Positions 16,444-26,649 of a DNA stretch of 64,000 nt are shown here, one piece after another. The stretch is from Patescibacteria group bacterium (GTDB lineage Bacteria; Patescibacteriota; Patescibacteriia; Patescibacteriales; UBA12465): the NCBI GenBank assembly GCA_023229115.1, contig JALNZW010000002.1, positions 17,513 to 81,512 on the forward strand. The letters run 5' to 3'. The notes below the pieces were generated by a model. That model was not told where the DNA came from. It searched no databases and saw only the letters and a list, made by a program, of their open reading frames with translations. Every line of letters starts with the position of its first letter. Position 1 is the first letter of the stretch. Position numbers and translations under genes: made by a program.

Positions 16444-18393
16444 CTAAACTTTAATAACTACCGGCAAAACCATTGGCCTTCTTTTAGTAGCGCCAAATAA
16501 AAACTGTCCAATTTCATTTCTAATTTTGTTTTTAATATAATCATCATCAGCTGGGGTTTCTGGGTTTTGATCTCTGACTATTTTTTTAACTCTATCTCTG
16601 GTTTTTTCTATTAAATCTCTATTTTCCTTCATGTAAATAAAACCTCGAGAAATTAAGTCAGGACTACCAATTAAAGCGCCAGATTTAGCATCAATAGTGG
16701 CAATAACAACAATCATTCCATCTTCGGCCATCATTCTTCTATCACGAAGAACTATACTAGAAACATCTCCAACCCCTAAACCATCAACCATTACATACTC
16801 TGTTGGAACTTTTTCTTTAGTTAAAGTTCCAATGACATTATATTTTTTATTAGCAATTATTTTTTCTCCTTTTTTAAATTCTACTACCTGACCATTATCA
16901 GCTACAAAAATATTTTCTTTAGGAATACCAATCTGTTCGGCTAAATCTGCATGAGCCTGAAGCATATAATGATTAGCCTCAATTGGCATAAAATACTGTG
17001 GTTTAATAAGTCTCATCATTAACTTTAAATCTTCTTGCTTGGCGTGACCTCCAGCATGAATGTCCATCATCTTATAATGAATTATTTTAGCTCCTTGTCT
17101 AACCACCATATCCATTAAATTTTGAATACTTCTTTCGTTCCCAGGAATGACTGAAGAAGAAAAGATGACAGTATCTCCCTGTTTTAAACTAATAGAACGA
17201 TGTTCTCCATTTACCACTCTTGATAAGAAAGCATTACTTTCTCCTTGAGCTCCGGTTCCAATAATAATAATCTTATCGTCTCTCACTCTGTTTAAATCAC
17301 GATCTTCAACTATAATTTTTGGGTCAAATTTCAAATAACCAATCTGATGTGCCACCTCAACGTTTTCATTCATACTTCTTCCTTGAAGAGATATACGACG
17401 ACCGTATTTAGTTGCTAAATCAAAAATCTTTTGAACACGACTAAGTTGTGAAGCAAAGGTTCCAATAATAATTCTGCCGGTAATTTTATCAAACAATTTA
17501 CCCATTTCATCTCCGATGGCTGATTCTGAAACTTGATAACCAGGATGGGTGGCATCAGTTGAATCTGACATTAAAAATAAAATATCATCTGAGCCAATTT
17601 GAGCTATACGATTTAAATCAGCTGGTTTATCATTTACTGGTGAAAAATCTATTTTAAAATCACCAGTATGCACTATTTTGCCAAGTGGTGTTGTAATAAT
17701 AGCTGCAAAACAATCAGGGATAGAATGATTAACTCTAAAAAATTCTATACTCAACTTATCTGATAATTTGATTTTATCATTTTCAGTTATTTCTTTTATT
17801 TTAAGAGTTGGCGCATCTCTGAATTCAACTGCTCTTTTTCTAACCAATCCAGCCGTCATTTTACCCATTAACATTGGAGGGTTGCCAATTTTACCCATAA
17901 TATGAGGAATTCCGCCAATATGATCATAGTGCCCATGAGTTATAAAAACAGCTTTAATCCAATCTTTTTTGTCTTCTAAATAGGAAACATTAGGAATAAT
18001 ATAATCAATACCAGGCATGTCTTCTTCTGGAAACTGCAAACCCATGTCAATAATTATTATTTCTTTTTCATACTCAACCAACATCATATTGCGACCAACC
18101 TCTTCCAAGCCACCTAGGGCCATTATTCTTAATTTACCGCTCAAATCTTTAGGCGCTAAATTAACAAATTGATCACGCGAATCATTACCTGAGTTAATCA
18201 TTTTCTTTCCATTAAATGGAGGTCGACGATTATAATTTGAAGATCTGTTATCTCTTCCTCTAAAACTCCTGCTAGGAGAAAAATCTTTTTTATTTGTTGT
18301 GTTTGTCCTTTTAACAAGATGACTACTTGTTTTTTCTGTATTATCTTTCTTTTCCGATGGAGAAGGTAATACTGATTTGTATTTTCTAATCAT
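16444..18393 (-). CDS. rnj: ribonuclease J (metallo-beta-lactamase / beta-CASP)
   Basis: FITHGHYDHIGG motif and RNase J-type layout; about 85-aa basic N-terminal extension (..RSFRGRDNRSSNYNRRPPFNGKK). Confidence 0.9.
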   Translation of the reverse strand: MIRKYKSVLPSPSEKKDNTEKTSSHLVKRTNTTNKKDFSPSRSFRGRDNRSSNYNRRPPFNGKKMINSGNDSRDQFVNLAPKDLSGKLRIMALGGLEEVGRNMMLVEYEKEIIIIDMGLQFPEEDMPGIDYIIPNVSYLEDKKDWIKAVFITHGHYDHIGGIPHIMGKIGNPPMLMGKMTAGLVRKRAVEFRDAPTLKIKEITENDKIKLSDKLSIEFFRVNHSIPDCFAAIITTPLGKIVHTGDFKIDFSPVNDKPADLNRIAQIGSDDILFLMSDSTDATHPGYQVSESAIGDEMGKLFDKITGRIIIGTFASQLSRVQKIFDLATKYGRRISLQGRSMNENVEVAHQIGYLKFDPKIIVEDRDLNRVRDDKIIIIGTGAQGESNAFLSRVVNGEHRSISLKQGDTVIFSSSVIPGNERSIQNLMDMVVRQGAKIIHYKMMDIHAGGHAKQEDLKLMMRLIKPQYFMPIEANHYMLQAHADLAEQIGIPKENIFVADNGQVVEFKKGEKIIANKKYNVIGTLTKEKVPTEYVMVDGLGVGDVSSIVLRDRRMMAEDGMIVVIATIDAKSGALIGSPDLISRGFIYMKENRDLIEKTRDRVKKIVRDQNPETPADDDYIKNKIRNEIGQFLFGATKRRPMVLPVVIKV

Positions 18394-18453
18394 AAAATTA
18401 CTAAAAAGCAGATAAAATCTGTTTTTTAAAAAAGTATTAAATTTTTATATATT

Positions 18454-20610
18454 TTAGAAGTTAATTCTTCGTTTAGTTTTTATATACCAAGAAGCAATAT
18501 CGCTAAATCTATCAGCTGGATCTGAAATGGCTGAAACGTCAAAACCTTTTATTTTTTTATCTTGAACATAAGTATAGTTAGGGAAATAAAGGAAAACTGC
18601 TGGCAAATCATTGTTTAATAATTCTTGAAATTTTTTATATTTTTCAATTCTATCGTTAATATTTAAACTCATTCTAGCTTCTTCTAATAACTTATCAACC
18701 TCTTTGTTTTTATAAGAAACAACATTTAAACCATTTTCACCTGATTGAGATGAGTGCCAAAACAAATAAGAATCTGGATCATTGCCGACTACTTGGCTTA
18801 AAAGTAAAATTTCAAAATTTTTATTTTTAATTATTTCACTTTGAATTTGATTGGAGTCTATAATTTTTACAAAAGTTTTAACACCAATAGCCTCCCAGTT
18901 AGATTTTATAAAATTAGCGACATCAATATTGTCAGATAAATTAACGGTAGTTAATTTCATAAATAAATATTCACTACCCTTAATTCTCCATGATCCACTC
19001 ATTTCATAATTTTCAGCCTCTACTTCGCTTAATATTTTTTTCTTAATTTGCCAATCATTAATTAACTCTACTTTTTCCCTGCTTGTTTTTAATTTTTCTT
19101 CATACTCCAAAACTAAAAGCTCATTACTGTCTGAAGCCTCTAACCCTTCAACTGTCTCCACTGACTCTTCTTCAGAGTTTTCCCCAGAATCGTCTTCAGA
19201 ATCTTCCTCAGACTTTTCTTTAATTTCAACTTTATTTTTTTCTAAGGTAATAAGATCTCTAATCAAGGAAACCTCCTCTTCACTGATTGTTATTTCTTGC
19301 CATTTTAAATCTTCTAATATTTTTTTAGCCTCCTCTGGATTATAATTATATTTTTCAATTTCATTATTATAGGCAAAATTATTAGGAAGAATTGGACCAT
19401 AAGCTAAACCAGCATTGGCTGAAAAAATATCATTGATTAAAGAATTCTTATCAACAGAAATAGTCAAGGCCTTTCTAATATCTTTATTTTGCAAAATTTG
19501 ACTATTTTTTTGATTAAAAAACAAAGAAGATATTTGTGGTAGATTCAATCTATGAAAATTCAAAGAATTTTGAGAAATTAAATTATCTTTCAAATTATTG
19601 GGCAAATAACTAATACCATCCACCAAATTGTTATTTAAAGAATCTATTAAGCTCTCAAAATAAGGAAAAAATTTGAAATTTAAATTTGTAATATAAGGAA
19701 CTTGACCATAATACTTATCGTTAGCTACCAAGGTCATTTCTTTTATTTCCCCGAATTTATTTTTAGCTAAAGACTTGAATTTGTAAGGACCAGATCCTAT
19801 TGGGTTTAAATTAAGTTCAGCTAATAAAGCATTTTTAGGTTCGACGCCAACCCACAAATTTTGAGGCAATATTCCAAAAGTTAACATCTCCAAGAAAGCA
19901 GCATAAGGTTCGGCCAAAATAAATTTAAAATTACTTTCATCTATCTTTTCTATTTCAACACCAACAAAAGAAGATCTAAGCGGAGATCCATACTCCTGGT
20001 TTTTAATAGCTTCAAAAGTAAAAACAATATCATCAACGCTTAATTTTTCATCATGATGCCAATAAATATTATTTTTAATTTTAAAACTATATTCTTTTCC
20101 ATCTTCACTTATTTCATATTTATCAACCAAATCATTAATCAGCAAACCATCAATATCTCTTTTAAATAAAGAAGAAAAAATAAGAGAGCTTAAATCACGA
20201 TCAACATCATTGGCTAGGTCATAAAGTGGATTTATGTTCTTAGGAAATCCAAGAAGAGCTTCAGAGTAAAGACCACCACTTTCTGGCACTATTTCTAGAT
20301 TTTTTTTATAAAATCTAAAACCTAAAAAAATCAAAGAAAACAAAATTAAAGATAAAGAAACATAAATAAATATTTTTTCTTTAAAGCTTAAAACTTTTTT
20401 AGTATATTTCATCTGTCTGAAGCTAGGAATTTTATGAGGCGACAAAGAATAAACCAATTTCTTGTCTAAATCTTCATAATTTTCTTTATAAACATCTTCT
20501 CCTTCTTCTTTTTTTCTTCTATTAAAAAAAGAAAAAAGATTAGAAATAAAAAATCGCTTGCTCTTTTTGAGGCCTTCTTTTAGATTTCTTTTTTGATTAA
20601 ATAAACTCAC
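18454..20610 (-). CDS. family-5 (peptide/nickel type) ABC substrate-binding protein homolog, membrane anchored, orphan
   Basis: 718 aa; N-terminal TM (IFIYVSLSLILFSLIFLGF); SBP_bac_5-like body (GSGPYKFKS, DPDSYLFWHS) with an acidic insertion. No permease or ATPase genes nearby. GTG start is uncertain. Confidence 0.7.
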   Translation of the reverse strand: MSLFNQKRNLKEGLKKSKRFFISNLFSFFNRRKKEEGEDVYKENYEDLDKKLVYSLSPHKIPSFRQMKYTKKVLSFKEKIFIYVSLSLILFSLIFLGFRFYKKNLEIVPESGGLYSEALLGFPKNINPLYDLANDVDRDLSSLIFSSLFKRDIDGLLINDLVDKYEISEDGKEYSFKIKNNIYWHHDEKLSVDDIVFTFEAIKNQEYGSPLRSSFVGVEIEKIDESNFKFILAEPYAAFLEMLTFGILPQNLWVGVEPKNALLAELNLNPIGSGPYKFKSLAKNKFGEIKEMTLVANDKYYGQVPYITNLNFKFFPYFESLIDSLNNNLVDGISYLPNNLKDNLISQNSLNFHRLNLPQISSLFFNQKNSQILQNKDIRKALTISVDKNSLINDIFSANAGLAYGPILPNNFAYNNEIEKYNYNPEEAKKILEDLKWQEITISEEEVSLIRDLITLEKNKVEIKEKSEEDSEDDSGENSEEESVETVEGLEASDSNELLVLEYEEKLKTSREKVELINDWQIKKKILSEVEAENYEMSGSWRIKGSEYLFMKLTTVNLSDNIDVANFIKSNWEAIGVKTFVKIIDSNQIQSEIIKNKNFEILLLSQVVGNDPDSYLFWHSSQSGENGLNVVSYKNKEVDKLLEEARMSLNINDRIEKYKKFQELLNNDLPAVFLYFPNYTYVQDKKIKGFDVSAISDPADRFSDIASWYIKTKRRINF

Positions 20611-20654
20611 AAAAAAATATATTAAGATTCACCTAGGAATCAATATAGAAGAAC

Positions 20655-20873
20655 CTATTTACTTAAAAGTAAATTGGCGATTGAATTGGCAAAAAACAAA
20701 ACTGCCAAAACTATAGTTAAAACAAAAAGCTTTTTTTCAATACCTCTTTTAGTTAAAAAGACGGCGCTATTTCCACCAAAAACACTACCTAAGGCCGCTC
20801 CTTTGTTTTGAAGTAAAATAACTATTATTAAAAGAATTGATATTACTATTTGACTGATTTTAATCCAAGACAT
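20655..20873 (-). CDS. secG: preprotein translocase subunit SecG
   Basis: 72 aa, two TMs, LLQNKGAALGSVFGG motif. Confidence 0.85.
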   Translation of the reverse strand: MSWIKISQIVISILLIIVILLQNKGAALGSVFGGNSAVFLTKRGIEKKLFVLTIVLAVLFFANSIANLLLSK

Positions 20874-20875
20874 AT

Positions 20876-21232
20876 TTATTTAATGTTTGATTTAACTTTT
20901 TCTACTATTAAAGCTAAAACTTTTTTATTATTAACAGCTAAATCGGCTAAAATCTTTCTATCAACGGCAATATTTTCTTTTTTTAAAGCTCCCATGAATT
21001 TTGAATAAGAAAGGCCATGGTCTTTTACAAAAGCACCAATTTTAATTTGCCATAAAGCTCTGGCTGTTCTTTTCTTTTTTCGACGATCAACAAAAGCATG
21101 AGCGCCAGCTTTAGTTCTAGCTGTTCTAGCTAGTTTTATAAGCTTTTTTCGTCCCCATTTATAACCTTTAACCTGTTTTAATACTTTTTTTCTTCTCTTG
21201 GAGTGCATTACTCCTCTTTTTACTCTTGGCAT
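20876..21232 (-). CDS. rplT: 50S ribosomal protein L20
   Basis: MPRVKRGVMHSKRRKKVLKQVKGYKWGRKK.. Confidence 0.95.
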   Translation of the reverse strand: MPRVKRGVMHSKRRKKVLKQVKGYKWGRKKLIKLARTARTKAGAHAFVDRRKKKRTARALWQIKIGAFVKDHGLSYSKFMGALKKENIAVDRKILADLAVNNKKVLALIVEKVKSNIK

Positions 21233-21283
21233 ATTATAGAAATGAAACTAAAAACGAAAGTTTTTTAAATTCAAAATTAATAA

Positions 21284-21481
21284 TTAACTGTACGGAGTTA
21301 ACCTTTTAACGGTTCTCTCTAATGTTTTAGACAAAGTCATATCTCTTCTTTTTTGTCTTGTAACGTTACCTGATTCACGAGAATTAAAGTGATCTTGTCC
21401 AGCCTTGCGATGTTTTACCTTGTCCTTAGCTGTCTTTGTAAAACGCTTAGTAGTTGCTTTATGAGTTTTTATTTTCGGCAT
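21284..21481 (-). CDS. rpmI: 50S ribosomal protein L35
   Basis: MPKIKTHKATTKRFTKTAKDKVKHRKAGQDH.. Confidence 0.95.
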   Translation of the reverse strand: MPKIKTHKATTKRFTKTAKDKVKHRKAGQDHFNSRESGNVTRQKRRDMTLSKTLERTVKRLTPYS

Positions 21482-21528
21482 ATTTTTAATTAAAAGCTAA
21501 AAAATCAGGCCTAAACCTGTTTTTTTGT

Positions 21529-22095
21529 CTATTTTACCTTATTAACTAATATTATACTAAAGCCTCCGGGCTGTTTTGTCAAGCCCTGCTCTTCTTCTAT
21601 GGATAATTCTGGCTTGCCCTTTAAACTAGAACAAAACTCTAGCATAAGTTCTCTAGCCTTATCAGCGTGTTGTTTTTCCCTACCTCGAAGATTTAAATCA
21701 ATTTTAACCTTATTACCTTTAATTAAAAATTTAGCAGCTTGTTCTACCCTAACATCAAAATCATGTTTACTTATTCTGAAAGTAAGTCTAATATTTTTCA
21801 TTTCTACTTTTTTCTGTAAAACCTTTTGCTTGTGCCTTTTCTTTTCTTGTTCGTACTTAAATTGACCCAAATCTAATATTTTAGCTACCGGCATATCAGC
21901 CTTAGGATTAACTTCTACCAAATCTAAACCAACCTCCTTGGCCATTTCAATGGCTTTGTAGGTTTCTATTATTCCAACATTTTCTCCGTCTTCATCAATC
22001 AAAAAAACTTTTTCAGCCTCGATTTTTTCATTAGACTTAAATTGTTTTTGATTTTTATTTTTATCAACCTTGGGGAATCTAAACTTTCTTCTCAT
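21529..22095 (-). CDS. infC: translation initiation factor IF-3
   Basis: VFLIDEDGENVGIIETYKAIEMAKEVGLDLVEV..KEQKKKQ-type linker..IKxRxxIxxHDF; conserved infC-rpmI-rplT order. Confidence 0.95.
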   Translation of the reverse strand: MRRKFRFPKVDKNKNQKQFKSNEKIEAEKVFLIDEDGENVGIIETYKAIEMAKEVGLDLVEVNPKADMPVAKILDLGQFKYEQEKKRHKQKVLQKKVEMKNIRLTFRISKHDFDVRVEQAAKFLIKGNKVKIDLNLRGREKQHADKARELMLEFCSSLKGKPELSIEEEQGLTKQPGGFSIILVNKVK

Positions 22096-22132
22096 TTTTA
22101 GTTAAATTTAATTTTAAAATAGAAATTAATTG

Positions 22133-22204
22133 AGCGGGTAAGGGGAATTGAACCCCTCTCTCGACCTTGGCAAGGTCGCATAATAGCCACTATACGATAC
22201 CCGC
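22133..22204 (-). tRNA. tRNA-Gly (GCC)
   Basis: GCGGGTA acceptor arm, anticodon arm CGACC-TTGCCAA-GGTCG, T arm AGGGG-TTCAATT-CCCCT; CCA not encoded. Confidence 0.9.
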
Positions 22205-22208
22205 AACG

Positions 22209-22292
22209 TGCCGCGGGGGAGAATCGAACTCCCACGATATTACTATCACTGGATTTTAAGTCCAGCGCGTCTACCAGTTCCGCCACCACGGC
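22209..22292 (-). tRNA. tRNA-Leu (UAA)
   Basis: GCCGTGG acceptor arm, anticodon arm CTGGA-CTTAAAA-TCCAG, long variable arm, T arm GGGAG-TTCGATT-CTCCC. Confidence 0.9.
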
Positions 22293-22307
22293 CTAATTTT
22301 TTGTTTG

Positions 22308-22690
22308 TGGAGATGACGGGAATTGAACCCGTGTCCAATAAGTTTTTTCAAATACTTTTACAAGATTATCTCAATTAATTGTTTCACTATTGTTTTTAAA
22401 AATTGAGCGAAAAAAAACAATAGCTATCTTTCTTTATTTTCAAGTTTTTGAAGAAAGATACCCAAAAACTCTATCCCTATAAATGACACCGGCGATTGGC
22501 TATAAGGAATTACCAGACCGATGGTTGAGCTAATTTATTAAGCTACAACAGGGGCGAAAGCTGGAACTTTCCATGAGAAAGCAGCCTTCTTTAAAGTGTT
22601 TTTTGCACTTATTTTTTTGAGCAGGTTAAGCGATGCTCAGCGCTCCTTGAATACTTGAAAATGATCTTAATGTCGAAGCCGATCATCCCC
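22308..22690 (-). ncRNA. ssrA: tmRNA (ssrA)
   Basis: 5' GGGGATGATCGGCTTCGACA and 3' tRNA-like end GGACACGGGTTCAATTCCCGTCATCTCCA. Internal tag frame 22606..22541 followed by TAATAA. Directly downstream of smpB. Confidence 0.85.
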
Positions 22691-22698
22691 AAAAAATA

Positions 22699-23172
22699 CT
22701 ACAAACTTGTTTTTAACTTACTTTTTAATAAAGTTTTTATCTGTCGATTTTCATCTCTTTTTTTAATACTTTCCCTCTTGTCATAAGTTTTTTTTCCTCG
22801 TCCAACTGCTATCTCTAACTTTATAAAACTGCCTTTAGTATATAACTTAACTGGAATAACTGTCAAGCCCTTTTCTTGTTTTTTAGAAAATAAATGGTCT
22901 AATTCTTTTTTCCTCAATAAAAGCTTACGATCTCTTTCAGCATTATAATCATCCATCTGCCCAGCAAATTTATATAAAGAAACATGACAGCCAATTAAAT
23001 AAGCAGCTATTTTTCCACTTTCATCAGGTTTGAAGGAAATATAAGCCCCCTTTAAATTAACCTGACCAGATCTAATAGATTTAACTTCATGCCCGAACAA
23101 AACCAAACCAACATCATAAGTTTCTAAAAACTCATAATCAAAGCTGGCTCTTTTATTTATTGCTAGAATCAT
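22699..23172 (-). CDS. smpB: SsrA-binding protein SmpB
   Basis: ILAINKRASFDYEFLETYDVGLVLFGHEVKSIRSGQVNLKGAY.. is typical SmpB; overlaps the tig 3' end by 20 nt. Confidence 0.95.
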   Translation of the reverse strand: MILAINKRASFDYEFLETYDVGLVLFGHEVKSIRSGQVNLKGAYISFKPDESGKIAAYLIGCHVSLYKFAGQMDDYNAERDRKLLLRKKELDHLFSKKQEKGLTVIPVKLYTKGSFIKLEIAVGRGKKTYDKRESIKKRDENRQIKTLLKSKLKTSL

Positions 23173-24460
23173 CTTTTAATATATTCCACTTTTTTAGAGA
23201 ATCAATTGTTTTTTGATTAAGCAAGCTATTTTCTAAGTAAGCTTTGTAATGAGGGCTTTCTATGTTCTTGATTGCCTCTGGGCTTTTTTCGTATTTTTTT
23301 CTAGTTACTTCAATCTCTTTACTCAACTCAGCTTCAGAAATATTCATTTTCTCCTCCTTGGCGATTTCTTTTAAAATTAAAGCACTCTTAACCCTTTTAG
23401 TGGCATTAGGCAATATTTCCAACATTAATTGATCTTGGCTCTTATTAATGCTCTGTAAATAATCAGCAAACTTACCACCCTGAGAAGCGATGCTACTTTC
23501 CATTTCTTTCATCATTAAGCTAGCTTCATTTTTAATTAAACTTTCAGGAATATCGCCAAACTTTGAATCGTCTACAATTTTTTCTAAAAGCTTAATTTCC
23601 ATCTTTTGATCATCCTCTCTTTGTTTCTGAATTTCAACTGTCTTTTGAATATTTTCTTTCAAAGCGGCTACATTTTTAAACTGAAAAATTTTAGCCAAAT
23701 CATCATTTAATTCTGGCAATTCTCTTCGATAAACCTCTTTAATTTCAACTTTAAAATCAACTAATTTACCAGCTAAATTTTTATTATAATGTTTTTCTGG
23801 ATAAACCAAATTAAACTCTTTTTTATCACCCTTTTTTAGACCAACAATATTTTTATCAAAGCCATCAACAAAATAATTCTTACCAGTTAAAATTGTAACC
23901 TCTGGATTTTGACCATCTTCAACCGGAACATTGTCAATAAACAAATTAACACTGGCGATAACCTTGTCGCCCTTTTCTATGCTCTTATCAGAAATAGTTT
24001 CCTTTGCTCTCATTTCCAATAAATCATTAATAATTTTATTGACCTCCTCTTCTTTGACCACAAGTTTTTCTTGCTTTAAACCTAGGTCTTTATATTTACC
24101 CAATTTTACTTCAGGTAAAATTGAAACTTTTATTTTATATTCAACCGGATTGTTAGGGGCTAGTTTTGTTATTTCTACTTCAGGCTGACCAACAACTTCT
24201 TTGTCCTTAAGATTTTCATCAATAATTTTGTAAATATTTTTATTCAAAGAAATTTTAACAGCCTCTTCCATGATAGCCAGTTCTCCAATTTTTTGTTTTA
24301 AAACACTTAAAGGAGCTTTGCCAGGACGAAAACCTTCTATTTTTACTTCCTTAGACAAAGATTCAGCACCTTTTTCCATTAAAGGAGTCATTTCTTCAAC
24401 GCTTAATTCAACGCTTAATTCAACTTGTCCTTTTTCTAAATCTTTTCTTGTAACATTCAT
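23153..24460 (-). CDS. tig: trigger factor
   Basis: 435 aa; N-terminal ribosome-binding region with GFRPGKAP motif, central PPIase-like region, helical C-terminal arm. Confidence 0.9.
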   Translation of the reverse strand: MNVTRKDLEKGQVELSVELSVEEMTPLMEKGAESLSKEVKIEGFRPGKAPLSVLKQKIGELAIMEEAVKISLNKNIYKIIDENLKDKEVVGQPEVEITKLAPNNPVEYKIKVSILPEVKLGKYKDLGLKQEKLVVKEEEVNKIINDLLEMRAKETISDKSIEKGDKVIASVNLFIDNVPVEDGQNPEVTILTGKNYFVDGFDKNIVGLKKGDKKEFNLVYPEKHYNKNLAGKLVDFKVEIKEVYRRELPELNDDLAKIFQFKNVAALKENIQKTVEIQKQREDDQKMEIKLLEKIVDDSKFGDIPESLIKNEASLMMKEMESSIASQGGKFADYLQSINKSQDQLMLEILPNATKRVKSALILKEIAKEEKMNISEAELSKEIEVTRKKYEKSPEAIKNIESPHYKAYLENSLLNQKTIDSLKKWNILKDDSSNK

Positions 24461-24533
24461 AAATATAAAAAATTAATTAATAATCAGTTTTTTTATTATA
24501 ACAAAAAAATATAAAAATAAAAGCCTTGTTTCT

Positions 24534-24564
24534 AAAAAAGCAAGGAAATAGTCCTTGCTTTTTT
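24534..24564 (-). terminator. terminator after the pyrophosphatase gene
   Basis: GCAAGG-AAATAGT-CCTTGC with A/T runs; a third CCTTG segment upstream allows an alternative pairing. Confidence 0.7.
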
Positions 24565-24588
24565 ATATTAGCAAATTTCAGCTAAGAT

Positions 24589-26574
24589 TTACAATAACAA
24601 TCCAATAATCAACAAAGCTACGATATTAATAATCTTAATCATTGGATTAATCGCTGGCCCAGCGGTGTCCTTATAAGGATCACCAACGGTATCACCAGTT
24701 ACAGCTGCTTTATGAGCATCTGATCCTTTTCCACCAAAATGACCTGATTCAATGTATTTTTTAGCATTATCCCAAGCACCACCGCCTGAAGTCATAGAAA
24801 TAGCTACAAAAATACCTGTGATAATTGAACCAATTAATAATCCGCCCAAAGCTTCTACTCCTAATAAAAAGCCAACCAAGATTGGGGCTACAACTGGAAT
24901 TAAAGCTGGAACAATCATGGCCCTTAAGGCTGATTTAGTTACGATATCTACTGTTCTGCCATAGTCTGGTTTTTGGCTTCCATCCATAATGCCTGGTTTT
25001 TCTTTAAATTGAGCTCTAACATCTTCCACTACTGAACCGGCTGATTTACCAACAGCTCTCATGGCCAAAGATCCAAAATAATAAGGAAGTAATCCTCCAA
25101 TAAATAAGCCAACTAAAACACTAGGATTATCAATAGCAAAAACATATTTTTCTCCAGCTCTATAAGTATAATCAGCAAATAATACTAAAGTAGCCAAGGC
25201 AGCACTACCAATGGCATATCCCTTAGTAACAGCCTTGGTTGTGTTACCAACAGCATCTAATGGATCAGTTATGTTTCTAATATCCTCTCCTAATTCAGCC
25301 ATTTCAGCAATTCCTCCAGCATTATCAGTAATTGGACCGTAAGAATCAATAGCGACTATAATACCAGCCATTGAAAGCATGGCCACCGCAGCAATAGCAA
25401 TACCGTATAAACCAGCCAAACTATAAGCTCCTAAAATAGCAGAAGCGATTACTAAAATTGGCAACATTGTTGATTCCATAGAAACAGCTAAGCCAGCAAT
25501 AACGTTTGTTCCATGACCAGTTTTTGAAGCTTCAGCAATATCTTTAACAGGACTAAATTTAGTTGAAGTATAATATTCAGTTATAAATACAATTAAGCCA
25601 GTAACCACCAAACCAATTAAAGCACTTAAATAAATATTTAAAAATGGGAAAACAGAATTATCAGCCATAAACCATTTAATAGCTGGGTAAAAAGCAATAG
25701 CTGAAATTAAACCAGAAGCTATCAAACCTTTATACAAAGCTTGCATGATGTTTTTATTTTTTCCCAATCTAATAAAGTAAATACCAATAATAGAAGAAAT
25801 AATTGAAATACCTCCTAGAAATAAAGGTAATAATATTTTGTCGCTAGAATCACCAAAAAATATTAAACCTAACACCATGGCAGCAATTGAAGTAACAGAG
25901 TAAGTTTCAAAAAGATCGGCGGCCATACCAGCACAGTCCCCAACATTGTCACCAACATTATCAGCAATAACAGCTGGATTTCTTGGATCATCTTCTGGAA
26001 TATCAGCCTCAACTTTTCCAACAAGATCAGCCCCAACGTCAGCTGCCTTAGTATAAATACCTCCACCTAAACGGGCGAAAATTGAAATTAAAGACCCTCC
26101 AAAACCAAAGCCGATTAAAGCATGTAAATCTCTAGTTATAAAATAAAAACCAGCAGTTCCCAATAAAGCCAAGCCAACAACCAACATACCAGTGATACTA
26201 CCACCTTTAACGGCCACATCTAAAGCCTTTTTTAGACCTCCACGAGCTGCTTCAGTTGTTCTAACATTAGCTCTAACACTAATGTGCATACCAATGTATC
26301 CTGCTAAAGCTGATAAAACAGCACCTGACAAAAAAGCCAAGGCAGTTATAATTCCCAAAGAAGGAACTAAAGCAATAATTACAAATAAAATTAAAGCAAC
26401 AATCGCAACCGTCTTATATTGACGATTTAAAAAAGCTTTGGCACCAGCCTGAATTGCACTGGCAATTTCTTGCATTTTTTCATTACCTTTAGGAAGTTTT
26501 AAAATCGAATTGATCAAAAAAGCCCCAAAGATTATAGCCACTAAAGAACTGGCGATAATAAAGATTTCAATCAT
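24589..26574 (-). CDS. hppA: membrane-bound (ion-translocating) pyrophosphatase
   Basis: 661 aa polytopic protein; [51 protein letters not shown] motifs. Confidence 0.95.
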   Translation of the reverse strand: MIEIFIIASSLVAIIFGAFLINSILKLPKGNEKMQEIASAIQAGAKAFLNRQYKTVAIVALILFVIIALVPSLGIITALAFLSGAVLSALAGYIGMHISVRANVRTTEAARGGLKKALDVAVKGGSITGMLVVGLALLGTAGFYFITRDLHALIGFGFGGSLISIFARLGGGIYTKAADVGADLVGKVEADIPEDDPRNPAVIADNVGDNVGDCAGMAADLFETYSVTSIAAMVLGLIFFGDSSDKILLPLFLGGISIISSIIGIYFIRLGKNKNIMQALYKGLIASGLISAIAFYPAIKWFMADNSVFPFLNIYLSALIGLVVTGLIVFITEYYTSTKFSPVKDIAEASKTGHGTNVIAGLAVSMESTMLPILVIASAILGAYSLAGLYGIAIAAVAMLSMAGIIVAIDSYGPITDNAGGIAEMAELGEDIRNITDPLDAVGNTTKAVTKGYAIGSAALATLVLFADYTYRAGEKYVFAIDNPSVLVGLFIGGLLPYYFGSLAMRAVGKSAGSVVEDVRAQFKEKPGIMDGSQKPDYGRTVDIVTKSALRAMIVPALIPVVAPILVGFLLGVEALGGLLIGSIITGIFVAISMTSGGGAWDNAKKYIESGHFGGKGSDAHKAAVTGDTVGDPYKDTAGPAINPMIKIINIVALLIIGLLL

Positions 26575-26649
26575 AAATTTGATTATCTAAATAAACAAAG
26601 ATGATTATTTAGATTTTTTTATAATTATTTTTTTAATTTTTTATTTTAA

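Noticed and set aside
22098-22289. 63-aa ORF in the track
   Set aside because: It is the translation of tRNA-Gly and tRNA-Leu read on the same strand, so it is not a protein gene.
22554-22566. 13-nt identity (GCGAAAGCTGGAA) between the tmRNA tag region and the palindromic repeat units
   Set aside because: It is a short GNRA-type hairpin motif with no extended similarity on either side. I treat it as most likely coincidence.
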